Made by a program: the position numbers and the translations under genes. 64,000 bases of DNA from Chrysomallon squamiferum (lineage: Eukaryota; Animalia; Mollusca): contig CM022673.1 in the NCBI GenBank assembly GCA_012295275.1, positions 4,712,001-4,776,000 on the forward strand, in the 5' to 3' direction. Below are positions 27,712 to 42,769 of this stretch, in pieces; within the stretch, counting starts at the first letter, position 1, and every line of letters begins with the position of its first letter. The notes below the pieces were generated by a model. The model was given only the letters and a program-made list of their open reading frames with translations. It was not told the origin of the DNA and did not search any database.

Positions 27712-28696
27712 CATAAAAATAATTTAAAATGGAATTGCATATACTTTATAATTAACAAATAATCCTCCACAAACACCAACTGAATTCTTCATTACTGCAA
27801 ATCAAATATATTAAAACTGAGATCAGGCAGTTAAAAAAAAAAAAAAAAAAAAAAAAATTGAGAGTTAACCATTTGATAAACACGTTATTTACTATAGTAA
27901 ATGTAACCCAATATCAAACCATGTATCCAAAAAACATGATAATTTTTCATTCATGTATACATTTTTGTTCCTTTTTGTGTCTTATCTTTGGTTTATCAAA
28001 GACATTTGTATGAGAATTCCTGTCTATGTATATAAAAAATACATTTATGTTAAAAAATAACAGCAACTGTTGGAATAAAGTCAGACCTTTTCGTTTTCTT
28101 TATATCATCCATTATATTTATAAATATTAACTGATAACTGGGTATTAAGATCTCATATTCATTAAAATTTCCATTTTGATTTTATACAAAAAATACAATT
28201 ATCATTCAAATCTTTTACAAAATATAAATAAAGAAAAACATTTTTCAACATCTGCAATTAAATTTCCAGTCATCTGGAACTGCCCTTTCAAATCATTATT
28301 GATAGATAACAAACATTACAATTCCTTTTCTGAAACGAGAAGAACCAAATCCTTTTTACCCCTTTGGATCATAAATAACTGAATTATCTGTTTACTTTAA
28401 AATATTTTCAAAATGGAGCAGGTTACTTTTTTAGTTTAAAAAAAAAAAAAAAAAAAAAAAAAGTATAAAAAAAAATGTCCTGCTTTCAATGAAAAGAATG
28501 GGATCATTTGTTTTATATGAATATGAAACCCTAAATCGTGGAGACACTGAAAAAAAGAGAACACTCGTACAGGAAGGTTAGAAAGGGTTTCATGCTGTTA
28601 TTCTTCTCATTACGATCATCTTGGTTCTACCCAGTCTGGTTGGTTGTGCACAATGAAAGACATTCAGTTAAAAAAGAATCCTTGTCGCAGAGTCAG

Positions 28697-29173
28697 TCAA
28701 ATGAGATTACAGTAGTTATTGCAGCCTCCACCAGCAGCGTTTGATGTGGAATTGAGATTTATTCCTTGTCTGTCAGTTTCCCACAACCCAGGTGTTTGTA
28801 TTATCTGAAATGCATAAACCAGAGAAAGGTGTGAAGTCTAAAAAAAAATATATGAACAGACATTTAAAATGAAATACAGAATATAAACTGTAACAAATAT
28901 TCCTATAAAATCAAATTTACCTTTTATTTCTTTTATAATCAATTAAATAATTATCTTTACTCAACTTTTTAAATATAATAATTAAAAAACATGAAATACA
29001 GAATATAGACTAAATACATTAAATAAAATTTACCTTTTCTACTAATTCTTCAAATGCACACTGCACACCTTCCTTTGTTTTAGCACTGGCCTCTATAAAC
29101 AGCGTGTGGTGTTTTCTTGCAAATTTTAAACCTTCTTCTTTGCTGACTTCTCTCTTATCCTGAAATAAATTTA

Positions 29174-29215
<42 letters not shown>

Positions 29216-30421
29216 AAATCACTGCCTAACAGGATCACTGCTCAGTCTATTAAAATCTTTAATAACTATCACTGTACAAAATGATGCAATAAATAAGTAA
29301 AATTTCAGCTTTCTTTCCTCCTTAGAAATTTGTTATTTTACTGTCAACATTGAGACCAGGATGCTAAGATTTAACAAAACAAAACCATTTGCACATATAC
29401 ATTATAAATAATGTCCTAGTGTGGTGCTATAGGTATTTAATGGTGATTCATATACATTTTTTAGTGAATAACTAATGTACTAGAAAAATATAAACAAGTT
29501 ATCTAAGTACTGAGAAATGAATAATGTAACTATTACCTTGTCAATCTTGTTTCCAACCAACATTTTTATCATCTCATGTTTGGTTGCAAATGTTTCTAAT
29601 TCGTTTAGCCAGGCATCAAGTTTGCTGAAGGATTGCTTACTGCATACGTCATAGACTGAAATGAAGACACAGAAAATGTCAGGAGAGCACTGCTGGTAAT
29701 TTGGGGATTTTTATTTTGTTTTTTTTAATTTTTATTAAAATGTGATTAAAATAGATAACAGCATCAAAATTAAATGTACGATTTTTTTTTTTTTTTTTTT
29801 TTAATTATATTAATATCTTCTTCCTTTTATTTTATTGTGGAGTAAGTAAGATTTACAACACAAAACAAATATTTGTGTCAAATGCTGGGGATGTTATGCG
29901 TATTCAACAGCATTACACATTTAATAAATATACAGTATTTGCTTGAATGCAAAAAAACAAAAAAGCCAGCATATTTATTTATATTTTTATAGCTATAAAT
30001 TTTAATATATATTGTAAAATTAATTCTTGTATTACACATTTTTCTACTGAGTTAAGTGATTAATATATGTTAGTGTATTTTCTAACAAATAATCAGATAA
30101 CCTTTTGCCAGATTACTGGAAAATATCAGTATATATAATTTAAGCAATATACAGAAAATATTTCATGTTCATATTTAAATATCAGTGTTTATATTATTAC
30201 CTAGTATAACACCTTGTGCTCCTCGGTAGTAACTTGGTGTTAATGTTCGGAATCTTTCTTGACCAGCAGTGTCCTAGAACAGATAAAACTTTTTACTATT
30301 ATTTTATTTTATGGTCTTATTAGACGATAAAATATTTTTTAAAAACAGCTGTATCTTCATGCATGTAAAACTGATTGTTTACTATCATTTTATATCAAAT
30401 TATTTTAACTGGCAGATAATT

Positions 30422-30469
<48 letters not shown>

Positions 30470-32701
30470 GTAATAAAATCAGTTAAAGATAATGAAATAA
30501 AATAATAACTTCTGTTTACAAACAAGGAGAAAAAAAAATCTTGTATTGCTGCTGATGTTATTACAATTTTTACCTGAGATAAATTCTGTTGATATTTCTG
30601 GTTTATTAATCTTTATTTATATGTATCAAGATATTAATGAATTTATCATAATTAGGCTAATTTGCATTTTATTCACTTTTTATTAAAACTGAATTTGATA
30701 GAACACGAACAAATGTGTTAAAATATAACAAAACATCAAATTTGTTCACTTCAAAACCAAATCTTTCCATACTGTATGTAAAAATCAAAATATGTCAACC
30801 CTGAACATATTAATTTTCAAGTTTAAAATCCCCCAAAACAACAAATATTTTTAACTCAAATCCTGGAAAGTATGGATTATGGTTTACCATACTGTCGGTA
30901 TTAATTAACTGATAAAATAATACATCTCGTTTTAATAAATCATTTAATATGTTATATCAAAAGGGAAGACTAAATGAAGAATATTCATCTATTTCTTAAT
31001 ATTTGGAGTAACCAAACAAAATTTTAATACAAACAGCTAGCAGTTACAAAACAGTTTTTGTGCTAGACAATATTTATTGGTTAATCTGCTGTTCCAAGAA
31101 TGAATGCTGAGGGTTCCATCATCTACAATAAGTTCTGTAAGTCTGTATAACCAAAAACTAAAGCAAATTAATTATTTGACTGAGATCCTATATATCTACA
31201 TAAACAAACAAAAAATAAAATAAAATAAAAAATAGGAAATGCAACTTACCCAGATGGCCAATTTTGTTTTATTACCATCAACTGTTAAAGTCTTCACCTT
31301 AAAATCAACACCTAAAAAAATATTAATACATTTCATCTGAATATATATTATAACCACTAAAAAACATATAAGAATGTTAAATCTGAATATGTTTGATAAT
31401 GAATACTGAAAATGTTTGCTTCCATACATGTGTTTATGGAAATATGCAATAAATGTGCTGAAAAATTGTAGTGTATATTCAAGAAGAATAAAATTATCTT
31501 CTTCAGATATCTTTTAAACTAATATAGAATGTATATTATTAACACCCACCCCAAAAACAAACAAAAATTCTTGTGGACACTGAAACAGAGAAATAACATG
31601 TCCAAATCTTTAAAATGAAAAGATTATATTACTGTTCCTATAGTTTTACAGTATTAATAATTTATAAGAGATCATTCTTTACATATCTGGAAAATTAAAA
31701 TTAAAATATTTACCTATTGTTGCTGATTGTTCAGGATCAAATGTGTCATCAGTAAATCTTAGTAGTAAACTGAAAAAAAAATAAAAATAAAAATAATAAA
31801 AAAGTGAATAAAAAATAACATTAATAAGACATATGAAAGTTTAATTTAACTGGATTAAAAATAATGCTTAGTAAAATCAGTATTAATTATTTTGTAATCA
31901 TTTGTGTGTTAAGTAATATGTAATTATGGGATTTGCATGTCATCAGATATATATAGGACTTACAAACATTCAGCCTTGATAAAATAACATTAATGCAGAA
32001 CCATTATTTAAATTTTAATACTATTTTACCTGAAATGTGTTGACAGAAATTTCTGTCAATTCTAGGATCAAAAAACTATATGCATATATTGTATATATAC
32101 ATAAATCTGTACTAGATTATTTGATTCTATAAAACTGTAAAATCTAATATTAATATTCAATCAAATAGTGACCCCATTCCAACATTAATGCTAAACATAA
32201 TTTAAAGGCGAGACAAGAGCGAAAAAAAAAAAAAAATTAAAAATTTCAAACAACAGATCACAACAGCGAAAATATATTGCAAACAGTATTTCAATTTAAA
32301 GCGTAAAACCGAAATATATAATAAAAGTCTAAACAGCCATTTCCAAAAATGTACTGACACAAATTATGACCCAGTGACTTCTGTACGATTATGTAATTGT
32401 TCCCAGTTGATTTAATCCTTAATGGTTTGTACTTTGATCAAATAAATTGAAAAACCTATCAAGTCATACTGGTAGTATCGGAGAAAGACATTATTATAAA
32501 ACTGATCTTGTCTAAAGAGTATTATGAAAGGTTCACAAGTTTAAAGTTATTTTCACTTTGTCCCCTAAACAAGAAACCAACGCAATTCAATCTTTGTTAG
32601 AAGACTATTACTAGTATTAGTTTTACCAACCTCGATTTACCAACACCACTTTCACCAATTATTAATATTTTAAGCGTGGTCAACAATTCTTGATCATCCA
32701 T
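28697..32701 (-). CDS. RAB18: Ras-related protein Rab-18, 204 aa
   Basis: Exons 32701-32631, 31769-31714, 31311-31250, 30273-30201, 29655-29537, 29159-29034, 28804-28697 (615 nt, TGA). Motifs [79 protein letters not shown]; CAAX end CNLI. Confidence 0.97.
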
Positions 32702-33779
32702 TGATATTATATTTTCTTGTATGAACTTTTGTTTTGATTCTAAATATATTCAAGACGTCATTAATTCGTAAACTCCTGTCAAAGTTTATTGTGATATGGC
32801 GAAAACACACACACTCATGTGTGAAACGTCATTTGTTTGTGTAAAACGTAGCAGCTGATAAATATTTTGTAACAAACCATTTAATTGGTCCAAAACTATC
32901 ATTAAATCTGGCGAAGTACAACAAACGATAGAAGATAGGAAAAAACGGTTAATAAAATTATTTAAAATTACCTCTGACACAATACTATAAGTATAATTTA
33001 TGGTGCTTTTATAATTAAAAATATTACTAATAATTAAAAATATTACTAATAATTAAAAAAAGGAGAAAAATGTATTAATCTTTAAAAAGTAGCAATATCC
33101 TCAGACAAAGGGAATAGTGTCCATTTTTCTGTATAAAATGAATGACAATAAATAAATATATAAATAAATACAATTTTCACGATCTTATCATTCTCTTTGA
33201 CAGAAACACTGTAAAACCAAGCACGTTTATAGTTTTCGGATCTTTGTCGCTTTTCAAAGCAAATCATATGACCAAATTATGTCAATGATTTTGATTGGAT
33301 GTATTTTACTTCCGCTGAAATTAGGCGGTGTTTGCAAAACGTTAACTTAAATGTAAATGTAAATAAAAGACACATTCAGGTGAAATATTTAGTTAGATGT
33401 ACTTAAATTCACTGAGTTATGTATTCTTATGATTCTTTATTTTATGATAAATCAAACAGGATTTGTGATAAATGTCTGATATTATGGGTAGATTATACTA
33501 CTACTACACTACACTACTACAGTCTTACAGTCTACAGTATATAAATTAGTAATACTAATAAAGTAATAGTATTACTATTGACAGTCTTTCAACTTCAACA
33601 AGTTCAAGGCAGTAAGCAAGTGGAGTAACTGAGCAAATGCCTATAATGCTATATTTAATTATTAATTATTAAGCTATTTTAGTGATATATCAAACATTGT
33701 TTTATATTTAGACTTCAAAAGTCCTGTCACTTCAACCTGACACTTGGGTTAAATTTTTTTTTTTTTTAAATTTCCAGAG
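32702..33779. promoter_or_regulatory. Probable shared (head-to-head) promoter region of RAB18 and SPC25
   Basis: The divergent start codons are about 1.08 kb apart in a CpG-retaining patch. E2F-like GGCGAAAA at 32798-32805, ETS-like ACTTCCG at 33308-33314, and a candidate SPC25 UTR-exon donor CAG|GTGAAA at 33380. Confidence 0.55.
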
Positions 33780-36700
33780 ATGGATTTTTGTACTGAACCA
33801 GCAAAGTTGAAAACAACTCTCAAAGAATTCAGGACCAAGTTTCTGACAAACTGGGTGGATGGAGATTTGAACCAGAATACTTCTGAATTAATACAGGAAT
33901 ATTTAGAGGCTGTTAAACAGGGTGAAGGTATGGAGAAAGAATATTTAATATAGATATAACAATAGATTTTATTTAAAAAACAACAAAAACAAACGTACTA
34001 TTATTTTGGTATTCTTAATAAATGTATTATATTTGGTTTAATGTTAAGGTTAGAGTTGCTGACAGCATCAGTTTTGAAAAAGAATGATGCTATAATTTTT
34101 TATTTTATATAAGGAACAAAAATATAATCATCTTTTAATATTTTATATTTGTATTATAAAAACTTGTTGCGAATATTCTATCAAAGACTGCAAGTCTATG
34201 GTTTGGACAATGTACTATTTGAAGTTCTGATCTATAAATGTTTTATTATTACTTTTATTTTTATAGAAACAATTGAAAATTTGAAGAAGAATGAGCAACA
34301 GAAAAGACAACAGACCCAAATCAACCAAAAAGGTTTGTGTTGAAATATTTATTTTCATTTGATGCTTAATAAGGATAACTTTCATTTCAAAAAAGTATTC
34401 TAGAATTATTTTTTTCAAGAGTTACTTCCCATATGTTGTCAGAAATTTAATGAAAGCATAATTATCAAGAACATTGTTTACTGGAAATTAAGTCCCCAGC
34501 ACCTAAAAACAATCACCAGTCAATGATATCCCTTTTCTTAATCTGTACATATATAAATCTTAAATGAAGGCCATTTGAAACATGTAATACAGTATACCCT
34601 CACCTATTCGCGGTTCCCCATTCGCGGGTTAGGCTCTTAACCCTATCGCATCGTATGCTGGTATACCAGGCTAGCGTCATAACGTCATAAAACCAAATGC
34701 TCGGTAAACCGCACAAACAATATCAAATTTTTTCAATTATTATTGCAATACAGTACGTATTTTTTTTATAAATGCATACACTGTATATACAGTGCATATT
34801 TTTTGTGACCGTGTATTAATAATGTTTTTAATTGCATATTATTACCTGAACTGTGCGTACTGTATTTATCTGTCTGTTTTGCCTTTAAATTTGTTCCACT
34901 TTCTGTCAATTCTAATACATATGTTGTACGCATAGAAAATGACTTTACGGTGCAGTAATACTATATGGGTAACTATGCTATGTGGTGTTACTGTCCTCAT
35001 GTACTTACGTTTCTTTCTGATTAAAATATTGTTTCAGTACAAAATTAAAACGTGTTTACATTATCATTACTACATTAGTGAAATACATAACTGCATGCAA
35101 TATTACTACATTATTACTGTATTAATGAGTAAGAGTGTCTTTAGAAAGTGTTTGGGAAGCATTTAGTACTGTATATAATCTCATAATAGACGTTTTAAAA
35201 CTGCATCCAATATTCGCAGTTTTTCGCTATTCGGGGGGGTAAAGAACGTAACCCCCTGAATAGCGAGGGAATACTGTATATTTATTTCTGTCCTTAATTT
35301 TATCTTGAAATACAGTTAGTCTTCCTTAAAATATTAAAAATATAATGTCGGACTGAAATGTAATAAATATATATTATAAAATGTAAAATTAATGGTTTTT
35401 GTTTTGTTTTTTTTAGTTGTAAATACATTTTAGAATTCCGAATTTAGTTTTTTTCTTGGATTACAAAAAAATATTCCTACTTTGTTGAAATACAAGTTAA
35501 ATTAACAGACTTTGTTTTTATATTTCTATATTTTATCTGTTCATAAATTTTAGCTCTTGAAAAGCGTATTGAAAAAGCAAAAGAACTGCGAGAGGAGTTG
35601 ATGCGACTAAACACAGAGGCAGACATGAGGTTACAGGAGAAAGAAAACATGTCTAAAGAACTGAAGAAAATTCTTGAAATTAAACAACGTGATGCTGAAA
35701 GTGAATGCACTCTGAATTTCTAAGCTTAATTTAAAATACATGCAGTTTTAAAACTTAGCTTACATATATTTTATTTCATATATCGTTCTTTACCTATCAC
35801 ACTGAATTATGAATAAGTTTGTGGCTAGCAGAATGTTTATAATAAATGTAGATTGAATTTAGTACACTAGATTGCTTTTTTTTTTTTGCAAGTTATTTTA
35901 AATTTACAACTTTATTTTTATTTATGTAAAAATTTAGAATATTTCAAAATGCATTAAAAAAAGAAAATCTTTAGTTTACTATTACATTTTAAATATAAAT
36001 ATTAAAAAATAATATTAAAAAATGAATGATAAAAATCATTTTCTTCTTGCATTTTATCAGAAATTGAGGCACAGGAGAAGGTGACAAAAGAACGATTACT
36101 GGAATTGGAAAAATCAGCTGAATGGTTTCAGAAAAATCTTGGCCTGGAATTCAGGAAAATACCAGGTAAGACTATCTTTCACAAACACATCTAATATAGC
36201 TCAGTGGTTAGAATATATTCTAGATAAACAACCACAAAAACGATATTCCCTTTCCTAATCCAGACAGTGTTTCTTCAGAGGTTTTTGTTATTGTCATACT
36301 TTATTGTTAGCAAAGGTTATCACTTTCATACTTCATTATTAGTAAAGATTATAACTGCCATACTTTATTATTTGCTTAAGTTATCACTGTCATATGTTAT
36401 TATTATTAAAAGATATTGCTATCATACTTTATTATTACTAAAGGCTGTAATTGCCATACTTTATTATTAGTAAAGGTTATGACTGTAATACTTTGTTGTT
36501 GTTAATGATTATTACTGCCATACTTCATTATTAGCAAATATGGAAGTATTTAATATGTTTTTATGGTATGTACAAGCATTCTTTAAGAAGTGTAACAGTC
36601 AGGATGTACACAAAAAGCATTTACATCATTTATTAATACCACCCAAAGTGCATTTTAAGAGTGGGTAATAATAAAAAGTCGTTACTTGCTGGCATACTTA

Positions 36701-37623
36701 AATCTCGTTTGACAAGTAATAAATATATTTATATATAAATGTGAATTATTAATAACATATTGATAAGTAGTCAGTGAATGCAAATGTATTTCCCATTTAT
36801 CAAACAGATCTCAGACTGTCAGTTGGAAGTAACAGCAGGAATTAACAGGAAAAAAAAAATGTAAATTATAAATGAGCACAGATATAAGTAGTCAGTTTCA
36901 TGTAATGGAAACCAAGTAATGTACAATACTATTGATAATTTAGTGTGTTTGTGTGTGCATGTGTGTTTGTGAAAATAATAAAATAAAAAAAATTGTTGAC
37001 CCTATATTACAGGAAACAAACTGCAGATGATTTTTACATTCATTGATGACAAAGATCCTCAAGCTCCATTTTCTTTTCATGTGAGGATAGATGAAAGTAG
37101 AAAGTATATCAGTAAGTATGGAGTATTACATCAGTAATAAAAAAAAACTTTGACTTTAGGTATCAATTAAGCTTAATTGGAAACATGACTGTTGTGCTAG
37201 TTTCAGTGATTTGGTTATTCTGTTGCCATTTAAAAGATTCCATAAATGCTGTGCAAAGTGAATCATGTAAAGAACTGCATTGTGTGGGCTGTGATATTGT
37301 TCAGCTTGTACCATTTGAAAATAACTATAAAGAACATTTAAAATAAAGCAAGTCAGATGAATTATGGAAATGTGTTACCAAATTTTCGAACATTAAAATA
37401 GCATAGATTTGACAAATCTTCCTTGTGCATGTCCAAGAAATGAAAATATATGAAAATTAACATTTCTTTTCCTTTTTTTTTTTGAACAGTTTCTAATTGT
37501 GAACCTCCAGTAGAAGAACTTGATTCACTGGTAGAGAAGTTGAACTCGACAAATAATCTGTCAGCTTTTGTCCAGGCACTTCGCAAAGCTTTTAAATCCA
37601 AAGCACTCACTTCTCATTTCTGA
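33780..37623 (+). CDS. SPC25: Kinetochore protein Spc25 (Ndc80 complex), 232 aa
   Basis: Exons 33780-33927, 34267-34332, 35554-35700, 36061-36165, 37013-37111, 37490-37623 (699 nt, TGA). An N-terminal coiled coil is followed by the Spc25 RWD signature [35 protein letters not shown]...YIISNCEPPV...LNSTNNLSAFVQALRKAF. Confidence 0.92.
34590..35276. mobile_element. Tigger-type non-autonomous element (MITE) in SPC25 intron 2
   Basis: TA|CAGTATACCCTCACCTATTCGCGG ... GAATAGCGAGGGAATACTG|TA; TA at 34588-34589 and 35277-35278; CpG-rich subterminal segments; no ORF. Confidence 0.85.
36290..36540. repeat. Degenerate ~31-bp tandem repeat
   Basis: Recurring catactttattattagtaaagg.ttat.actgc units in SPC25 intron 4. 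Confidence 0.7.
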
Positions 37624-38013
37624 CTTTTGATCTTTTATCTGTAATGTGTATTTAGACCAGGGTGCTGGAAACTTCCAGGAAGATGACTTTTAGTTTTTCA
37701 AATCTAGCTGACGTTATCGGAAAGTGCTGTCTATTGTAAAATGACTGTTATCTTCAGTTTAACGTATGAAGTATTTTCAAAGATGTTTGAAAAGTTTTAT
37801 AATATTTAAAAGAGGGGGGAAAAAATGAAATAGAAAAAAACTGTCAGTATTTCTGGCTTAGTTTTATTTAACCTTTTTTTTTTTTTTCAAACTCTTAGAG
37901 ACAGTAGTCCAGGTAATACATTTTTAATCTCAAAGTAAATTCTCAAATGCCAGGAATGTCAGTGTAGACAAAATTGTTATGTATTTTACCTATGTTATGT
38001 AAGCTTTTTAATC

Positions 38014-38051
<38 letters not shown>

Positions 38052-38782
38052 TACCTTGCTTTATTTTCTTAAGTCCAACAAAATAAAGATAGATAATTAA
38101 ATGCAAGAGTCAGACAATTCTACCAAGTTTAATAACTTTACATTCATATATACAACAATCACACTGGTACTGTGGACAACATGAAAAGAACACAGTTTCT
38201 TCAAGATAATGCTAATGAAATGTTAAATGGTAAATGTATCTGAACAGCTCTAATTTTCGCTGACTCGAGTCCTTCTTGCAGATATCTTGTGTGTATCTGG
38301 CTGTCTGATAACATCTGATGGTTTGTCCTAGTGTATTTGATAATGTGAATCAAATGTAATAACACTAAAATTCAAATGAATACTGAAATAAGAGAGAACA
38401 AGAATTGTCAGAATGATTGTTCCCAATCATTTAAATGTTATTTTTAATAAATGCCATCATTTGTTTTGTAATTATATTATTGTATCAAATAGATATGTCT
38501 TTTTGTCTATTGAAATGTTAAAAAAGTCTAGTCTATTAGGAATGTTTTTTTTTCACATTTCTAAATGTAAAACATTCTCATACACCTGTTATCTAATTAT
38601 ACTTTATTATTAACAAAGATTTTTCAGGAGATCAACAATTTAAATTTATACAAAATATATTTAGGCAATTTGTTATTTTACTTTTTATTATTATTATTAT
38701 TATATTTTTTTCATTATTATTATCATCAATGTTTTCTTCTTATGTGTACACTTTAATTATATTCAGTTTCTGCTTTTACACC

Positions 38783-41700
38783 TCAACATCTTTCAAACAC
38801 TTTGTACAAGTCTGGCAAATTTGCCAGCTGCAGCAAACTGGCATCTTCAGAAAACTCTTTTGGTGGCATCAACATTGTTCTGATGGCTGGGTACACTGAA
38901 TGTTCTACTGTCCATTTCCAACCACTGGTTTTCTGCCCACTGTCCTGTAAAAACAAAAATCATATTTATGAAATACAAATTTTATGTCAATACATGCATA
39001 TTAAGGTGTTTCTCCCAGACTGCAGGGTGCAGGCAGAAAAAGGGGCATTTATTCACATGACCTGTTTTCAAAAGGGCAGAAGTGGCAAGTTAAATTTTCG
39101 TGAATATTTGATGGTGCTAAAAAGTGCCATTTGTATTTGTTTATTGGTGATTAAAAAGTGCTGATCATATTTGTTTCTTAGCACTAAGATATATTCTTTG
39201 CTTGACAAACTGATGCCTGCAGAAGACAGTACTTATAGATGGACTTGAGGCAATACTGCAGTAATTATTGGCACATTTTATGAGACTAGGCAAGTGGGGG
39301 TGGGCATTTAATTAATTTCGGGCACAAGGGGAGCCCCAAAAAGGTCCACCCTCCCATTCCTGCACTGATGCATGATATTGTTAATATTATTATTATTATT
39401 ATTATTATTAAAAGAATATATATATATATATATATTACAAAAAATTAGTGCATCACAACAAAGAAATATTAAATTCCTTTCTTCTTCATTTTAATCTGAA
39501 ACGAGAATTGTCATCCAGCAGCAAAATATTTAACCATGGTAGAATTATAATTTAAAATTTTAAACAAATAAAAAATATCTTTTCCATTTACATTATTATT
39601 GTTAATACACCAAAGTATTTTCACAATTTTCTTTAGATGTTTATTGAGACAACTTCTTAAATCAAGTATGAAGCAATAATTATAAAATTTATCTTGTCCA
39701 TGGTAAATTGTTCACCAAACAGTTTTCCCTGTCATTAACTTTCTATTTAAAATATTAAACATGAACAAAAAAAAAAAAATGAAGGAATCCAGTGAGTGGC
39801 ATTCTTTTTAGCTAGAAATAGCTAATCTATTTTGAGCAAACAGTCACCAGGTGGCCTTTTTCTGTTTGTAAACAGAATGGTCTCCCTTAGGTATTGTGGG
39901 ATGAAATTAGCCATGTTGCTGTTCATCAAATGAATTCCCACTTGTCACTGTGTTTAACTAGACGTCATAAAAATCAGTTTCACAATAATTAAAGTTTCAA
40001 AGCAGACTGCCACTTCAAAATCAGAATCAAGTTGCTTATCAGCAACATTTACATATGTTTTATTTAAATTTTGATTTTATTTTTATGTCATATTAATCAT
40101 TATTGTTTTTCAAACTACAGGTTTTTTTTCATAATTCAGGGTATACATTGTGTATATATGGTAGGAAACAACTTTGTGAAACCATTACCAGTTTAATGAT
40201 CTTGTATTATGACACTATTTACAAGCACTCAAGGGAAATTATTCCATTTATAAATGTTTAATGAGACATGGATCCTCCCAAATGTATCCTTACTTTTCTT
40301 TCACATTGATATAAAAGTAACTTCTTCGTGATAAGCTATTTTATAATAACCAATAATAAAAATAATAGTAATATTAATGATGGTAATAATTATAGTAGTA
40401 GTATTATTAATAATAATAATAATATAAAACAGAATAATTTGAAATATTTACAAATTTATACTGTATATGTTAAATACATACCACTGTTTTGGACAACAAA
40501 AAAGTACAGAAAACTGCAAAATACAAATTTTCAGAGACCTAGTTAAAAAATACATATAGTTAAATTCTATAAAAATAAACAAAACATAATATATACAAAG
40601 TAACTTTTCAGATTTATATTTATAATACACAGTACATACTGCTGTTTGTGAGGTATCCGAACTTGGTGATGCAAACAAACTTTTCTTAACCGAATAAAAT
40701 TCACTTGTTTCTTTTGCAAAAGTTCTGAAGCATTCTTTTTCTTCATCCCAGTTTACCTGGAATTAAAAAATAACAATAACAATAATAATAATAATAAATA
40801 ATAAACACAAAATAATAATATTAAAAAAAAAAAAAATGGCTGTTTGAATAAGATTGTCTAGGTTCACTAAAATGGATGAAACAAAACGAACGAGAAAAAC
40901 AAAATTAAAACAACTTAAAAAAAAACCACCGACCCTATTTAAAAATAAGATACCATGTAGTTATCTCTTGAATATAAACATTAAGTAAAAACCATGCATG
41001 AAAAACAGGGGCCTTTAATATCCAGTACACACTATTACTAAATTACAATATATCTTGTATATATTTTTATCTATTGTATTACTAAATTACAATTCATTTT
41101 GTACACACTGTGTTTGTAGATTACAATCTATCTTGTATACACATTTCTGAATTACAATCTATCTTGTGCACACATTTCTGAATTACAATCTACCTTGTAC
41201 ACACTGTGTTTGTAGATTACAATCTATCTTGTATACATTTTAATTCTAAATTACAATCTATCTTGTACACACTATGTTTTTAAAGTACAATTCATAACAT
41301 ATAACTCCTAAACCTACGCTGCCTCTCAAAAGATGCTGATCTTTTGCAGTTGATTACTTTGTATGTTAGACATTTGGACTCAAGTCTGCTGTATTTCCAC
41401 AGGGACTTGATAATTATGAAAACATGGTTCCAATGATCCAGTATTAATTTTGATTAACTGTGGGTATTAAAAGAAAAGGCTGCTTTTAACACATAATCAT
41501 AGGATGTGGACTTACAAATACATCATCAACATTTAGTTTTAAATAGAAAATCTGGTTACTGAATGTTTTATACTGAATCATTTTGAGAGACTGAACTGAA
41601 GAGACCGAAACAGACTTTTTGCTGTGAGAGTGCAGCTGTTAGAGCTTAACTGGAAGGTTGTGAGTTCGAGGCTCTGAAGCTGCAATTCTGTTATATGGCA

Positions 41701-42678
41701 ACTGTGGCTGACTCAGACATAAGTGAGAACCTGATAGGATGTGATGGTCATATGTATGATTAATATGATATGGCAGCATATGCTGTATGTTGTCCAGGGA
41801 AACGAGGAGTGCTTTGGATTGAAAAAGGTCTGAGTTGGAGAAATAAGAAATTGGGCACTTTGAGTGACATTACATGCTATATAAGTGTCCTATTATAATA
41901 AAGATAATAACAAATTATACATTATAAATAGTAATAATAGAAAATTACAATAATTAAAAGTAAAGTTAAGGATAAAAATAAGACCACATATAAAATTCTA
42001 ACTGTACTGGCAGAAAACTATTAACAGTGAGATCTATTTAGTGATACAAACTTACAATAATGCCAGTGATCAGACTTAGAACTCTTCCAAAGTACACACT
42101 CATACAATCAGAATCCTGACAATCTAATTAAAACCAATTTAACAGTCTAGCTAATTTATATAAGGCAATAAGAAATCCCAATTGGCTATGGTAATATATA
42201 AATTTACTTCATGAGACTTTACAGAATTGAATCAATCTGTACAAAGTGATGGTTTTTATTGAACCTTTTGCAGTTTTTCCTGTTTCTATAATTTTTATAT
42301 GATTTAGATTCATAAAATTTAATATAATAAGGGCTTCATTTAATATAAAACCACTAAAATGTTTTTATGTAAGAAAAAGAAGAAAAGTTTTGAAAATTTG
42401 ACCAGTTTGTCTATATAAATTGTTAGATACAGCCAGATATCTGAAATATTAGTTTTACCGTGTATAAGTTGTAAGGGCAATAAATGTGTGCTAGTTGATA
42501 TATATATATATATATATATATAAAAGAAACTCACCTCTGTGGCTAGTCTCAGTACATACATAGGAAGACCATCCAACGAAGGAACAAAATCTTCAAGTAG
42601 CATTGGTAGAGTCAAAATGTGTCCTTGCTGGTAATTGAAAACAATATTATATAGTGTAAAACAGAAAGAGAATGAGAA

Positions 42679-42769
<91 letters not shown>

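Noticed and set aside
36195-36270. tRNA gene candidate (TAGCTCAGTGGTTAGA A-box)
   Set aside because: No B-box, T-arm or acceptor stem follows; at most a SINE head remnant.
38802-39164. 120-aa plus-strand ORF (also 35477-35710, 37362-37610, 6848-7144)
   Set aside because: Antisense shadows of real exons of MLH1, SPC25 or SLC23.
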